Shown here one piece after another: positions 8,324 through 18,302 of a stretch of DNA of 64,000 nt. Source of the stretch: an uncultured Gammaproteobacteria bacterium. Lineage in GTDB: Bacteria > Patescibacteriota > Patescibacteriia > Magasanikbacterales > JBBTQS01. Position numbers and translations under genes: made by a program. The notes beneath the pieces were generated by a model. It had not been told where the DNA came from, ran no database searches, and saw only the letters and a list, made by a program, of their open reading frames with translations. Numbering within the stretch: position 1 is the first letter of the stretch; each line of letters opens with the position of its first letter. The DNA lies in the NCBI GenBank assembly GCA_964627525.1, contig CAZVIA010000002.1:59262-123261 (forward strand), read 5' to 3'.

Positions 8324-8935
8324 TTATTTTTTTAATCTCCTAACCCTAACAAAAAACACTGCACTCATCACCGCAAAAACCAAAGCAACAAAACTAACAA
8401 CTACTTCAACATAATTTATACCACTAAATGCATATAAAACAAAGAACAGGTGTGGAAGATAAGCAAATGCATTATACCAAAAACCTGCAATTGGTTTGAT
8501 AAGCCAATTTGTTTTTTTGCCATAACTTCTGTGCAAAGTTATAAACAAACGCGCACTTACTAAAACAAAACCATAAATCACACCGACTCCTGCGCTCACA
8601 AAACCTGCCATTGCCAAACCAGCCACAAAAATCATGTAACTTGTGGTATCCACCACAACATCTGTAAATTTTCCGCGATCAGAACTTTTTTTCAAATAAC
8701 GCGCCAAACTTCCGTCCAACCAATCCATCATCAAGCTCAACACCATAAACAAAACAGCTAACTTAGAATTTATCTCAATATATAAAATCGCAATAACAAT
8801 AAAAACTAAAACAAGATAACTTACCATGTTTGGTGTTATGTGTAGTTTAGCTAACAACCAACAAACTGGCCGAAAAATTTTAGTTCTCAGGTCCTGTAAA
8901 AAATAATAAATTTTGTCCACTGCCTCCTTATTCAT
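8324..8935 (-). CDS. CDP-alcohol phosphatidyltransferase family protein
   Basis: D-G-x2-A-R-x8-G-x3-D-x3-D motif: DWLDGSLARYLKKSSDRGKFTDVVVDTT; multi-TM. Confidence 0.7.
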   Translation of the reverse strand: MNKEAVDKIYYFLQDLRTKIFRPVCWLLAKLHITPNMVSYLVLVFIVIAILYIEINSKLAVLFMVLSLMMDWLDGSLARYLKKSSDRGKFTDVVVDTTSYMIFVAGLAMAGFVSAGVGVIYGFVLVSARLFITLHRSYGKKTNWLIKPIAGFWYNAFAYLPHLFFVLYAFSGINYVEVVVSFVALVFAVMSAVFFVRVRRLKK

Positions 8936-8952
8936 ATTTTTATGTTTTATTT

Positions 8953-8985
8953 ATAGGCGAAATTTGCTGGGCAAATTTCGCCTAT
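8953..8985. repeat. Palindromic element copy 2 (ATAGGCGAAATTTGC-tgg-GCAAATTTCGCCTAT)
   Basis: 15-bp perfect arms. Relative to the other copies it carries a compensatory A>G / T>C change, which preserves the hairpin. Confidence 0.6.
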
Positions 8986-9001
8986 AAAAACCCAATTAAA
9001 A

Positions 9002-10306
9002 TTAAGTATTTAACCACTTTCCATATTGCCGAGCCAATAATCGACCAGACTCCAAAGGATGTGCCATCACTTCTTTAACAATTTTTTCCATTCGCATTGC
9101 TGCAGAACCTTTTACTAAAATCAAATCACCTTGTTTAATTTTTTCCTGAATAAACTTTCCAGCAACCATACTGTCTGCAAATTTTGCAATTCTATGTTCT
9201 TCAAAACCAGCTTCTTGTGCTGCTATTGCAATATGTTTTGCAGCTTCACCAACTGTCACCAAAAAATCCACACCAGCTTCAACCAAAGCATAACCCAACT
9301 TACGATGTTCATCTTCTGTCATTGGTCCCAACTCAAGCATATCTCCTAACACTAAATATTTTTCTGGTTTAATTCTTGAATCTGCACCTTCAGGCAATTT
9401 TATTTCAGACAAAACCTTTAGTGCAGCATTTGCAGCAACAGGAGATGAATTATAAGTATCATCAATTATGGTTGTATTTTTAATTCCAGAAACCACATGC
9501 ATTCGTCCTGGTGCTGGAGTGTATTGTTTTAATCCTTCAGAAATCTCAATCATGTTCATTCCATAAAACAAACCAACTGCCACAGCAGACAACGCAGGAT
9601 AAATATGTTGCCTTCCTAAAACATTTGGTAAAAACATCGGAATGTTTGAACCACCATATGCAATCCTAAAATTAATTCCATTTGGCTTAGAGTTTTCACT
9701 ATAAGAAACTACTGCATCACTACCTTGAATCATTGCATCACCACCAAAACCAAATGTATACATTTGGCATTTAATTTTTGGCTCAACAGCCAACACTCTT
9801 TCATCATCTGAATTTAAAATTGCTGCACAATCCCCAGTCAAAGAAGTTAAAACCAGTTGCTTTTCTTTTGCTACACGTTCAACAGTTTTAAAATACTCAA
9901 CATGAGTTGGTGCAATAGCTGTTAGCACCCCAACTTTTGGTGGACAAAATTCTAACAAATACTGAATATCTCCTGGCCGATCTGCACCCATTTCAACAAT
10001 TAACATTTCCGGATAATTTTCATCTTTAGAAAAAATCAATCGCAAGCATTCATAAAAAACAGCGACCCATCCTGTGATAGATCGCCCCGGACTTTCCATT
10101 CCAACAATTGTCATTGGCACACCAATTTGATCATTATAACTACGAATTGCTTGGCGCACTCTGAACTTATGAGTTAGAGCTGAAAAAATTGCTTCTCGCG
10201 CAGAAGTTTTTCCAACAGAACCAGTGATAGCAATTACCTCTGGTTTATATTTCTTTAAAATCTTTTTACTGCAAAATCTTAACAGCCAATGTATTATTGA
10301 TCTCAT
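9002..10306 (-). CDS. murF: Mur ligase, probable UDP-MurNAc-tripeptide--D-Ala-D-Ala ligase
   Basis: ATP-binding ITGSVGKTS and the MurF-like DDTYNSSP motif; 434 aa. Confidence 0.65.
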   Translation of the reverse strand: MRSIIHWLLRFCSKKILKKYKPEVIAITGSVGKTSAREAIFSALTHKFRVRQAIRSYNDQIGVPMTIVGMESPGRSITGWVAVFYECLRLIFSKDENYPEMLIVEMGADRPGDIQYLLEFCPPKVGVLTAIAPTHVEYFKTVERVAKEKQLVLTSLTGDCAAILNSDDERVLAVEPKIKCQMYTFGFGGDAMIQGSDAVVSYSENSKPNGINFRIAYGGSNIPMFLPNVLGRQHIYPALSAVAVGLFYGMNMIEISEGLKQYTPAPGRMHVVSGIKNTTIIDDTYNSSPVAANAALKVLSEIKLPEGADSRIKPEKYLVLGDMLELGPMTEDEHRKLGYALVEAGVDFLVTVGEAAKHIAIAAQEAGFEEHRIAKFADSMVAGKFIQEKIKQGDLILVKGSAAMRMEKIVKEVMAHPLESGRLLARQYGKWLNT

Positions 10307-10307
10307 A

Positions 10308-12080
10308 TTATTCTCTAGTTGGTGGTATCCCTAAATATTTTACCAAAAATTGCGCCATTTTACCAAAATATGGCGCTGCAGTAGATTCAGCCCAAGCTCT
10401 ATTAGGTTTTTCAAACTTTGCAACAATCACAAACTGCGGATCTTCTGTTGGTCCATATCCAGCAAAAGTATGATTAGTATCTTCTAAATAACCACCCTTT
10501 CCTGGAATTTGAGCAGTTCCAGTTTTGCCACCAAAATAATATCCTGGAATTGATGCAACTCTTTTATAAGTTTCTTCAATAACAGAAGTTAAAATACCTG
10601 TAATCAAGTGCGCAGCATGAGAAGAAATCACTTCACGCAACTCTTCTGGCTCAAATTTTTCCACTTCCCCATTTGGATGGCGAATTTCCTCAATAATTCT
10701 TGGTTTCATTAAAATACCACCATTTGCCATTGCTCCATACGAAGCTACAATTTGCAAAGGAGTTACTGTTAAACCCTGACCAAACGAACCAGTAGCCACA
10801 TAAATATCCCCTTCTTTTGACAAAGAACTTATGTTTCCTGCAACTTCAGTGTCTAAACCAATATCAGATTTTTCACCATAACCAAATTTTTCAACATATT
10901 TTCTAAAATCATCTTTTCCTAACTTATCCACAATAAAAAGCATTCCAGTGTTAATTGATTTTTGCAAAACACGAGACATATCAACTGTGCCATAAGTTTT
11001 ACGCAAAGCATTATGAATTGTAAACTTACCTATTTTAACTGACCCTGGATCATCAAAAGTTAATTCTGGAGAAATCACACCCTTATCCAAAGCTCCAGCC
11101 ATTGCAATTGTTTTAAAAACAGACCCAGGCTCATATGCCTTAAAAATTGCCGTATTATTAAAAACATCAATTGAGTCAACTTCATTATATTTATTTGGAT
11201 CAAAATCTGGGTAATTACACATTGCCATTACTGCACCAGTTTTTGGATTTAAAATTATTGAAGTAGCTGATTGTGCCTCAACTTCATCTGCAATTTGCTT
11301 GAGCAATTCGCATGCTTTAAATTGAACAGTTCTATCTAAAGTTAAAATTATATCTGAACCATGTTTTGCTGCTTTATGTTCTTTGTTGGAAACTGGAATC
11401 CACGCACCAAAAGCATCACGTTTTCCTTCTATAAAACCCTGAATACCTGAAAGTATTTCCTGATAATACCCTTCAGCCCCATACATTCCCATTGGTTTTC
11501 CATCTGGAGTTTGTCCATAAAAACCTATCACGTGCGATGCAAAAGTTTTTTCAGGAAAATATCTGTATGGTTTTTTTACAAAATATAAACCAGTGATATT
11601 TTTTTGCTCAATAATTTCTTTTTGCTCTTCTGTAATTTTTTCAGCACCAGAAATCGGGATATAAGGATCATCGGGTTTTTGATCTCTTAAATGATATAAA
11701 ATTTCTAAGCGGCGTTCTATCCCCCAATCAAATACTGGATCTAGATCAACTGCAATTTGATTGTGGTCTGGGTTGTCTCGATTATCTACAAACAATTGAT
11801 AAACATTTCTGTTCATTGCCAAAGGGTAAAGATCATCTGGATTGTTTTTATCTTTAATATAAATTGTTCCTCTGCGCGGCAACAATTGCTTAAAAATGTC
11901 TTGAGTACCACTTGCAAGTGCTGTATAAAACTCATGTTGAACAACTTGCATAATAAAAAGCCGGGCAATCATTGCTACTGCAATAATTCCTGCAAAAAAC
12001 CCAAGTAGCCGCAATCGCTTAATTGCTGGCTCTGTCAAAGGATCTTTTCTGTGTTGAGATCCTGCTTTTGGTTGATACAT
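10308..12080 (-). CDS. Penicillin-binding protein 2 / FtsI-type peptidoglycan D,D-transpeptidase
   Basis: N-terminal TM anchor, dimerisation domain, transpeptidase motifs SVFK (SxxK), SIN (SxN) and KTGTA (KTG). TATAAT box 7 nt upstream of the ATG, so possibly leaderless. Confidence 0.75.
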   Translation of the reverse strand: MYQPKAGSQHRKDPLTEPAIKRLRLLGFFAGIIAVAMIARLFIMQVVQHEFYTALASGTQDIFKQLLPRRGTIYIKDKNNPDDLYPLAMNRNVYQLFVDNRDNPDHNQIAVDLDPVFDWGIERRLEILYHLRDQKPDDPYIPISGAEKITEEQKEIIEQKNITGLYFVKKPYRYFPEKTFASHVIGFYGQTPDGKPMGMYGAEGYYQEILSGIQGFIEGKRDAFGAWIPVSNKEHKAAKHGSDIILTLDRTVQFKACELLKQIADEVEAQSATSIILNPKTGAVMAMCNYPDFDPNKYNEVDSIDVFNNTAIFKAYEPGSVFKTIAMAGALDKGVISPELTFDDPGSVKIGKFTIHNALRKTYGTVDMSRVLQKSINTGMLFIVDKLGKDDFRKYVEKFGYGEKSDIGLDTEVAGNISSLSKEGDIYVATGSFGQGLTVTPLQIVASYGAMANGGILMKPRIIEEIRHPNGEVEKFEPEELREVISSHAAHLITGILTSVIEETYKRVASIPGYYFGGKTGTAQIPGKGGYLEDTNHTFAGYGPTEDPQFVIVAKFEKPNRAWAESTAAPYFGKMAQFLVKYLGIPPTRE

Positions 12081-12101
12081 GAGTATATTATAGCACTAGT
12101 C

Positions 12102-12130
12102 TTGACTTGTGTGCGATTTATGTGTACAAT
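12102..12130 (+). promoter_or_regulatory. Near-consensus sigma70 promoter TTGACT-17-TACAAT
   Basis: TTGACT at 12102-12107, 17-nt spacer, TACAAT at 12125-12130, immediately upstream of the GC-rich 97-aa ORF. Confidence 0.55.
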
Positions 12131-12160
12131 TTCGTTAACTTTGACTTTGGGAGGGGGAAA

Positions 12161-12454
12161 ATGGCTGGTGAAAGTAAACAGGATTGTCCTACTGTTGCGG
12201 AGTTTCTGCTACAAGAGGGGTATACAAATGCTGGAGGTCTACTTGGGCACATTGAACAAGGTGGACCAGTCAAACTTGAGACAATGCTGAACCGAGCGAT
12301 TCAGTATGGTTGGCGAGCTGGTGCAGTTGCAACAGATCAGCGAGCTGTAAAAGCCTTGCGATTGTTGGAAGATGCACAGAAAGAGCGAGGTGCTTCGTTC
12401 AGTCCGAAAGAAAAGTTCAACCCATTCTGGAGTTCTGGTGACCATGGTTCCTAG
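12161..12454 (+). CDS. Hypothetical 97-aa protein in a GC-rich self-contained cassette
   Basis: GGGAGGGGG SD, ATG at 12161, GC-rich codons, terminator directly downstream. No recognised domain (MAGESKQDCPTVAEFLLQEGYTNAGG...). Confidence 0.55.
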   Translation: MAGESKQDCPTVAEFLLQEGYTNAGGLLGHIEQGGPVKLETMLNRAIQYGWRAGAVATDQRAVKALRLLEDAQKERGASFSPKEKFNPFWSSGDHGS

Positions 12455-12477
12455 ACCTTTGGGTCTTGAGATACACA

Positions 12478-12512
12478 CCCCAAACTTGAACAAGTTTGGG
12501 GTGAAATATTTT
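12478..12512 (+). terminator. Intrinsic terminator
   Basis: CCCCAAACTTG-aaca-CAAGTTTGGGG followed by a T-rich tract. Confidence 0.65.
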
Positions 12513-12527
12513 TATTAAAGTTTTTTA

Positions 12528-12556
12528 TTGATTTTTTGTAGGAAAAAGCGTATAGT
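12528..12556 (+). promoter_or_regulatory. Putative sigma70 promoter for cca (TTGATT-17-TATAGT)
   Basis: Hexamers with 17-nt spacing about 45 nt upstream of the cca ATG. Confidence 0.4.
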
Positions 12557-12602
12557 CGCAATAGTTAATTGAATCGCGCTGAATTTTGAATCGCGAAAAA
12601 AT

Positions 12603-14057
12603 ATGAAAATCAAACTACCAAAATTTGTTAAAGAGATCTTGAAAGAAATGAAAAGCTCGGGACATGAAGCTTATCTTGTTGGTGGTTGTGTTCGTGATTT
12701 GCTATTAGGTGTTGAACCATTTGATTGGGACATTGCAACTGATGCTTTGCCTGATGATATAATGAAAATTTTTGCAGAAAGTTTTTGTGAAAATGATTTT
12801 GGGACAGTGACTTTAAAACCAGATGCTGGTGTACCTGATGGACATAAAGTTGAAATCACTCCTTATAGAACTGAATTTGGATATTCAGATAAGCGTCATC
12901 CAGATAAGGTAACGTTTGGTGTGAGTTTGGAGGAAGATTTGTCACGTCGTGATTTTACTGTAAATGCAATTGCTTATAATGGCAGTGAGTTGATTGATCC
13001 TTTTGAAGGTCAGGCAGATATTAAGAAAAAAATCATTCGCACTGTTGGATTGGCTGAAGATCGTTTTAATGAAGATGCTTTACGTTTGATGCGTGCCGTA
13101 CGTTTTGCTACAACTTTAGGATTTAAAATTGAGGATGCAACTTTGGCTGCAGTAAAAAAATTAGCAAAAAATATTGTTGGCATTTCTGTTGAACGAATAC
13201 GCGATGAATTAAATAAAATTGTTAGTTCTGTAAAAAAACCTTCTGCAGGATTTGTACTGTTGCATGACACTGGTTTGTTAAAATTAATTTTGCCTGAATT
13301 TGATAAAGGTCATGGAGTTGCCCAGTGCAAGCATCACATTTACACGGTTTTTGATCATAATATTTATTCGCTGGATTATGCTGCAAAGTATAAATATTCT
13401 TTGGCTGTGCGATGGGCTGCTTTATTGCATGACATTGGAAAACCTAAGGTGAAAAAAGGACGCGGTGAATCTGCAACTTTTTATAATCATGATATTGTTG
13501 GCGCTAAAATGGCGCGTGATATTATGATTGGCTTAAAGTTTCCTAAAGATTTTGGGAAAAAAGTTGTGCTGTTAGTTCGTTATCACATGTTTTTTTATGA
13601 TGTTGGAGTTGTAACTGAAGCATCAATCCGTCGTTTAGTGAAAAAAGTTGGCCAAGAAAATATTCAAGAATTGTTAAAAGTGCGAATTGCTGAACGCAAA
13701 GGATCTGGTGTTCCAAAAGATAGACCATATCGTTTGCGTCATTTGGAATTTATGATTGAAAAAGTTGCGCGCGATCCTATTTCTGTTAAAATGTTAAAGC
13801 TGGATGGTGATTACATGATTGAAAAAATGGGATTTAAACCTGGGCCACGTATGGGTTGGATTTTGAATGTGCTGTTAGAAGATGTTTTAGATGATCCTAA
13901 GAAAAATTTAAAAAAATATTTGGTTGGGCGTGTTAAAGCTTTGGATAAATTAAATGACAAAGAATTGATTGAACTTGCTGAAAAAGCTAAAGAAGTTGCT
14001 GGAGATGAAGAAGAAAAAAATGTTGGGAAGATTAAGGAAAAGTTTTTTGTAAAATAA
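12603..14057 (+). CDS. cca: CCA-adding tRNA nucleotidyltransferase (class II, with HD domain)
   Basis: GGCVRDLLLG...DWDIAT nucleotidyltransferase head, RRDFTVNA motif, HD motif LLHDIGKP. Confidence 0.8.
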   Translation: MKIKLPKFVKEILKEMKSSGHEAYLVGGCVRDLLLGVEPFDWDIATDALPDDIMKIFAESFCENDFGTVTLKPDAGVPDGHKVEITPYRTEFGYSDKRHPDKVTFGVSLEEDLSRRDFTVNAIAYNGSELIDPFEGQADIKKKIIRTVGLAEDRFNEDALRLMRAVRFATTLGFKIEDATLAAVKKLAKNIVGISVERIRDELNKIVSSVKKPSAGFVLLHDTGLLKLILPEFDKGHGVAQCKHHIYTVFDHNIYSLDYAAKYKYSLAVRWAALLHDIGKPKVKKGRGESATFYNHDIVGAKMARDIMIGLKFPKDFGKKVVLLVRYHMFFYDVGVVTEASIRRLVKKVGQENIQELLKVRIAERKGSGVPKDRPYRLRHLEFMIEKVARDPISVKMLKLDGDYMIEKMGFKPGPRMGWILNVLLEDVLDDPKKNLKKYLVGRVKALDKLNDKELIELAEKAKEVAGDEEEKNVGKIKEKFFVK

Positions 14058-14094
14058 GTATTAATAATCATAAATAAACTAATATTAAAAAAAT

Positions 14095-14991
14095 ATGTTT
14101 CATCGAGAATCTGAAGGTGACAAAGAAAAACATGTAAAATGGGAAGCTCCTATTACTGGTGTGGAAAAAACAGAGGTGACACCTATTACTGGTTTAGAAA
14201 AAACCGCCGTAACAACTCCTGACAGTAAAAAAAGAAACAGATTTGATGAGCCAGAAGAAAAACCAATAGATCAAAAAGCTGTTAAAGAAATGTTTGAGCA
14301 AACTCGTTTAGAAGTCACTATTGATTGTTTTAATAATGCTATTAAAATGGGAAATCCTTTTGTGGCTTTTGAAAATTTAGCTACCTTAAAAAGAGTTGGT
14401 TATGATAAAGAAAAACTAGGGGGAATGAAAGACCAAATGATTGACCACCTTGATACCTGGTTGCAACTAAGTGATGAAATGGTTGGAGAAAAACAACGTT
14501 TATCTGTAAATCAAATGAAATCTTTGGTTGAAAGAGATTTGTTTGAACCAGAACTAATGTTGCCAAAAACTCAAGATGAACCATATGGCGAAGCAAGTTT
14601 TGTTGAACCTGAAAGTGAAGAAAGTGATGCGCGCACAATGATTGAAAAACAATCACTTAGCGAAGCTTCTTTTACTCCTACAGAAGCATCTGCCCCTACA
14701 GAAGCATCATTTGAAACCCAAGAAACAACAACACTTGAAACAGTTAGAATTTTGAAAATGCAAGAAAACATCTCTGAAAATAAATGGGCTGCTGTATATA
14801 GTGATCTTAGCGAATTACACAGTGAAGATTCTGATTTATACATAGAACTAAAGAAAAAGGCTTTAGAACAAATGGATGCAAGACTTGCTGATACTGATCA
14901 AGACTTAGGAACTCAATACAAAGCTCGATTAGAACAATTAAAAAGTGACATTGACTCTGATTCTTATTGGTTGGCTAATAGAGCTGCATGA
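14095..14991 (+). CDS. Hypothetical acidic protein
   Basis: Native composition; Glu/Asp-rich with short TEAS repeats. ATGA overlap with the murE start. Confidence 0.45.
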   Translation: MFHRESEGDKEKHVKWEAPITGVEKTEVTPITGLEKTAVTTPDSKKRNRFDEPEEKPIDQKAVKEMFEQTRLEVTIDCFNNAIKMGNPFVAFENLATLKRVGYDKEKLGGMKDQMIDHLDTWLQLSDEMVGEKQRLSVNQMKSLVERDLFEPELMLPKTQDEPYGEASFVEPESEESDARTMIEKQSLSEASFTPTEASAPTEASFETQETTTLETVRILKMQENISENKWAAVYSDLSELHSEDSDLYIELKKKALEQMDARLADTDQDLGTQYKARLEQLKSDIDSDSYWLANRAA

Positions 14992-16298
14992 TCAAAAAAA
15001 TACTTAAAAAAATCTTTCCTCAAAGCTTGTTACTTTTTTATCATTCTCTACAAAGTAGTTTGGCGAGTTTTTGGTATAAAAACCCATCTTCTAAATTATT
15101 TGTAATCGGTGTGACTGGCACAAAAGGAAAATCAACTTCATGTAATTTTATTTGGTCTGTTTTGCAAGCTGGTGGTTTTAAAACTGCATTAACTGGAACA
15201 GCAAATTTTCGTTTAGGCTCTGAAGAAAAAATGAATCCATATCATTTATCAATGCCTGGACCTTGGGTTATACAAAAATTTTTGCGCAAAGCTGTCGATT
15301 CTGGATGTACCCACGCTATTATTGAAGCAACTTCAGAAGGAATGAAACAACATCGTGAAAAAGGAATTGATTTTAATGTTGCTGTTTTTACTGGTTTGAC
15401 TCCAGAACATTTAGCTTCTCATGGCGGAAGTTTTGAAAAATATCGAGAAGCTAAACAACGTTTGTTTGTTGCTTTAAAAAAATCTCCAAAGTCTGGGAAA
15501 ATTTCAATTTTAAACAAAGACAGTGACCAAGTTAGTTTTTTTGAAAATTACAAAGTTGATGAAAAAATTTATTTTGGTTTAAGCGGTGACGCCAAAGCAA
15601 CTGATGTAATTGCAAGTGAAATTAGTCAGACATCTGATTTTGTGAAATTTAAAGTTGGATCAAAAACTGGATCAGATGATTTTGAAATAAATTTTCCCGG
15701 TGAATTTAATGTGATGAATACTTTGCCTGCAATTGCTATTGGTCAAAAACTTGGAATTAATATTGAAAAAATTAAATCTGGAATTAAATCTTTAAAAACC
15801 GTTGCTGGAAGAATGGAAAAAATTTCTACTGAACAAGATTTTACAGTTTTTGTGGATTATGCACATGAACCAAATTCAATGGGACACTTATTAAATACTT
15901 TAAAAACTGTTGTTGGTGTTGGCAAAAAAATTATTATTTTATTAGGTGCTGAAGGTGGTGGTCGTGACAAAACTAAAAGAGCGCTAATGGGAAAACAAGT
16001 TGCTGAACTTGCTGATTTTGTTGTGGTAAGTAATGTTGATCCTTATGAAGATGATCCAAAAAAAATAATTGAAGATATTGCTGTGGCTTGTGAAAAGTTT
16101 GGGAAAACTCGTGGAAAAAATTTATTTACAATTGAAGATCGTGGTGCTGGAATTGCAAAAGCTTTGTCTTTAGCCAGTCAAGGTGATATTGTTGCGATCA
16201 CTGGAAAAGGCGCAGAACAATCTATTACTATTGATGGTGTTAAATCAGATTGGGATGATCGGATGGTTGTAAAAGAGGAATTAGGGAAAGTAAAATAA
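14988..16298 (+). CDS. murE: Mur ligase, probable UDP-MurNAc-L-Ala-D-Glu--diamino-acid ligase
   Basis: GVTGTKGKST ATP site and the MurE-type DYAHEPNS motif. Confidence 0.65.
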   Translation: MIKKILKKIFPQSLLLFYHSLQSSLASFWYKNPSSKLFVIGVTGTKGKSTSCNFIWSVLQAGGFKTALTGTANFRLGSEEKMNPYHLSMPGPWVIQKFLRKAVDSGCTHAIIEATSEGMKQHREKGIDFNVAVFTGLTPEHLASHGGSFEKYREAKQRLFVALKKSPKSGKISILNKDSDQVSFFENYKVDEKIYFGLSGDAKATDVIASEISQTSDFVKFKVGSKTGSDDFEINFPGEFNVMNTLPAIAIGQKLGINIEKIKSGIKSLKTVAGRMEKISTEQDFTVFVDYAHEPNSMGHLLNTLKTVVGVGKKIIILLGAEGGGRDKTKRALMGKQVAELADFVVVSNVDPYEDDPKKIIEDIAVACEKFGKTRGKNLFTIEDRGAGIAKALSLASQGDIVAITGKGAEQSITIDGVKSDWDDRMVVKEELGKVK

Positions 16299-16420
16299 AA
16301 AAACCCTAGACAAACGTTTCCATAATAAAACGCAAAGTTATGTCCAAGATTTTTTTGTTAATCCAAACTTAGTATATTTTAATAATTTTGTCAAGCTAAT
16401 TTCTACCACTTCTTACCCCC

Positions 16421-16726
16421 CTACTTTCCTCCGTCAAAATCTTCCCAATGCTTTTTCAAATATTCAGTTAAAAATCCTTTCACATCTTTTGCAATATCTT
16501 TTCTCTTTGCATAAGAATCAACAACTTTTGTGACAACTTTATCATACTGCGCTTTTGTAGGTTTTTTTAAACCTTTCATTTTCTCTTGAGCTTCATAAAG
16601 AAGAACATTTGCTTTTTTCTTTAATTCAGCTTTTTTCTTTTTTCCTTCAGGAGTTTCCAAATATTTTGTAGCTAAAACACCTGCGACCAAACCTAATAAT
16701 AATCCCTTAGTAAATTTCTTTTTCAT
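16421..16726 (-). CDS. Hypothetical membrane-anchored protein (YtxH-like)
   Basis: N-terminal TM followed by a Lys/Glu-rich helical region. Confidence 0.4.
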   Translation of the reverse strand: MKKKFTKGLLLGLVAGVLATKYLETPEGKKKKAELKKKANVLLYEAQEKMKGLKKPTKAQYDKVVTKVVDSYAKRKDIAKDVKGFLTEYLKKHWEDFDGGK

Positions 16727-16739
16727 ATTTTTTAATTAT

Positions 16740-17135
16740 TTATATTGCAAGTACTGCACCTAAAGAAAATCCACCAGCACCTAACATAAACAACATCATG
16801 CAAACTGCAAAAACTAACAGCTCTTTTTCATAACCACCCTTAAAACCTTTTTTAGCTCCAGTCAAAGCAATTGCCACAACCATTATCATTGCAATCAAAA
16901 ATGCCCAAATTGGCGTTAGTAATCCTACTAAAATCAACAAACCACCAAAAAATTCAACAACACCTACAAGAAACACAAACAATCTTGGAGCCGGCACTCT
17001 TAAACTTTTAAATTCTTTAACAGTGGTTTTAATAACTTTTTTATCAAAAAGTTTTGGATAACCATTAACCAAAAAAATCAAACCTATTACCACTCTTAGC
17101 AACAGAAGTGATGTGTGAAGCGCGAGTTCACTCAT
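16740..17135 (-). CDS. DoxX-family membrane protein
   Basis: LRVVIGLIFLVNGYPKLFD and four hydrophobic spans. Confidence 0.55.
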   Translation of the reverse strand: MSELALHTSLLLLRVVIGLIFLVNGYPKLFDKKVIKTTVKEFKSLRVPAPRLFVFLVGVVEFFGGLLILVGLLTPIWAFLIAMIMVVAIALTGAKKGFKGGYEKELLVFAVCMMLFMLGAGGFSLGAVLAI

Positions 17136-17159
17136 ATAATTATAATAATAAATTAAAAA

Positions 17160-18302
17160 CTAAATTAAATTTTTATAAATGTTGTTGTGGATTTCTGCAA
17201 AATTTTTCCACTGAAAAATTTCCTTAACACGCAAAGTTGCGTTACTAACTTTTTGCTGTTGCAATTGCTCATTACTTAAAGTTTGATCAATTACTTTTGC
17301 AAGTGCATTTATATCCCCAACTGGGAAAAGTATACCACAATTACCATAATCAAGCACATAAGAAATACCCGGAAGATCAGATGCAATACACGCAACACCA
17401 CTTGCCATTGCTTCTAACAAAACCAAACCAAAAGCTTCGCCACGATTTAAAGAAGCTAACACAAATAAATTTGCTTCTTGATAATATTTTGGCAAAGCTT
17501 CTTTTGAAACTGCCCCAGCAAAATCCACACTTTGTTTAACCCCTAATTTTTCAGCTAATTTTATATAATTTTCTTTTAATTCCCCTTCTCCAACCAAAAC
17601 CAACTTTGCAGAAGTTTTTATTTTTGCAAAAGCTTTAATTAAAACATTCACCCCCTTAAATTTGTGCGGCAAATCCATTCCACCAACAAACAAAATTGTT
17701 TTTTGTTCTGAATTTTGATTTTCTGATATTTGCGCGGGGTTTTTTTGCTTTGGAAAAAATCTATTGCTATCAACACCAAATGGAGCTAACACACATTTGT
17801 CTAAGTTTTTCTCAAAAAACTTTTTATTAGAATTAGCCAAAGCATATTCTTTTGAACTTAAAAAAATTTTGTCTGCTTTGGCGAAAATTTTTGAAGCAAA
17901 AATTTTCGCATAAATATAATAAAGTATTCCCCTCACACCACCTGCCATAGCATCCATATGATAAGTAATATAAAACGGTTTTTTATATTTTCTTTTTAAG
18001 CGCAAAACCTGTTCAGCACTACCAAAAAAAGGATAATGCAGATGTACAATATCATTGTTTGCAAACGCTGGCTCAAGATCAATTCTTCCAGCATTCCCTA
18101 TTCTCCAAAAAGTTTTTCTATTTTCTAAACAAAAAATCTCAACTTCATAACCCAACCCCTGCATTAATTCAGAATGTTTTTGCGCAACATAACCAATTCC
18201 TCCATGATATGGAGGAAAAGCACAAGAAATTATTGCCAATTTTTTTGACTGATTTAACCTACTTTCTTTATTTAGATTGTTCTTTTCGTTTTTCATCAAC
18301 AA
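17160..18302 (-). CDS. Glycosyltransferase family 4
   Basis: C-terminal GT4 motif EAFGLVLLEAMASGVACIASDLPG. Confidence 0.75.
   Translation of the reverse strand: MLMKNEKNNLNKESRLNQSKKLAIISCAFPPYHGGIGYVAQKHSELMQGLGYEVEIFCLENRKTFWRIGNAGRIDLEPAFANNDIVHLHYPFFGSAEQVLRLKRKYKKPFYITYHMDAMAGGVRGILYYIYAKIFASKIFAKADKIFLSSKEYALANSNKKFFEKNLDKCVLAPFGVDSNRFFPKQKNPAQISENQNSEQKTILFVGGMDLPHKFKGVNVLIKAFAKIKTSAKLVLVGEGELKENYIKLAEKLGVKQSVDFAGAVSKEALPKYYQEANLFVLASLNRGEAFGLVLLEAMASGVACIASDLPGISYVLDYGNCGILFPVGDINALAKVIDQTLSNEQLQQQKVSNATLRVKEIFQWKNFAEIHNNIYKNLI

Noticed and set aside
12137-12512. The GC-rich promoter-to-terminator block at 12.1 kb as tmRNA or RNase P (size ~370 nt fits)
   Set aside because: It has no GGGG 5' end with a matching tRNA-like 3' end, and no P4 or GGUAAGAGCGCACC motifs. 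The 97-codon ORF with SD ends exactly before the terminator, which favours coding.
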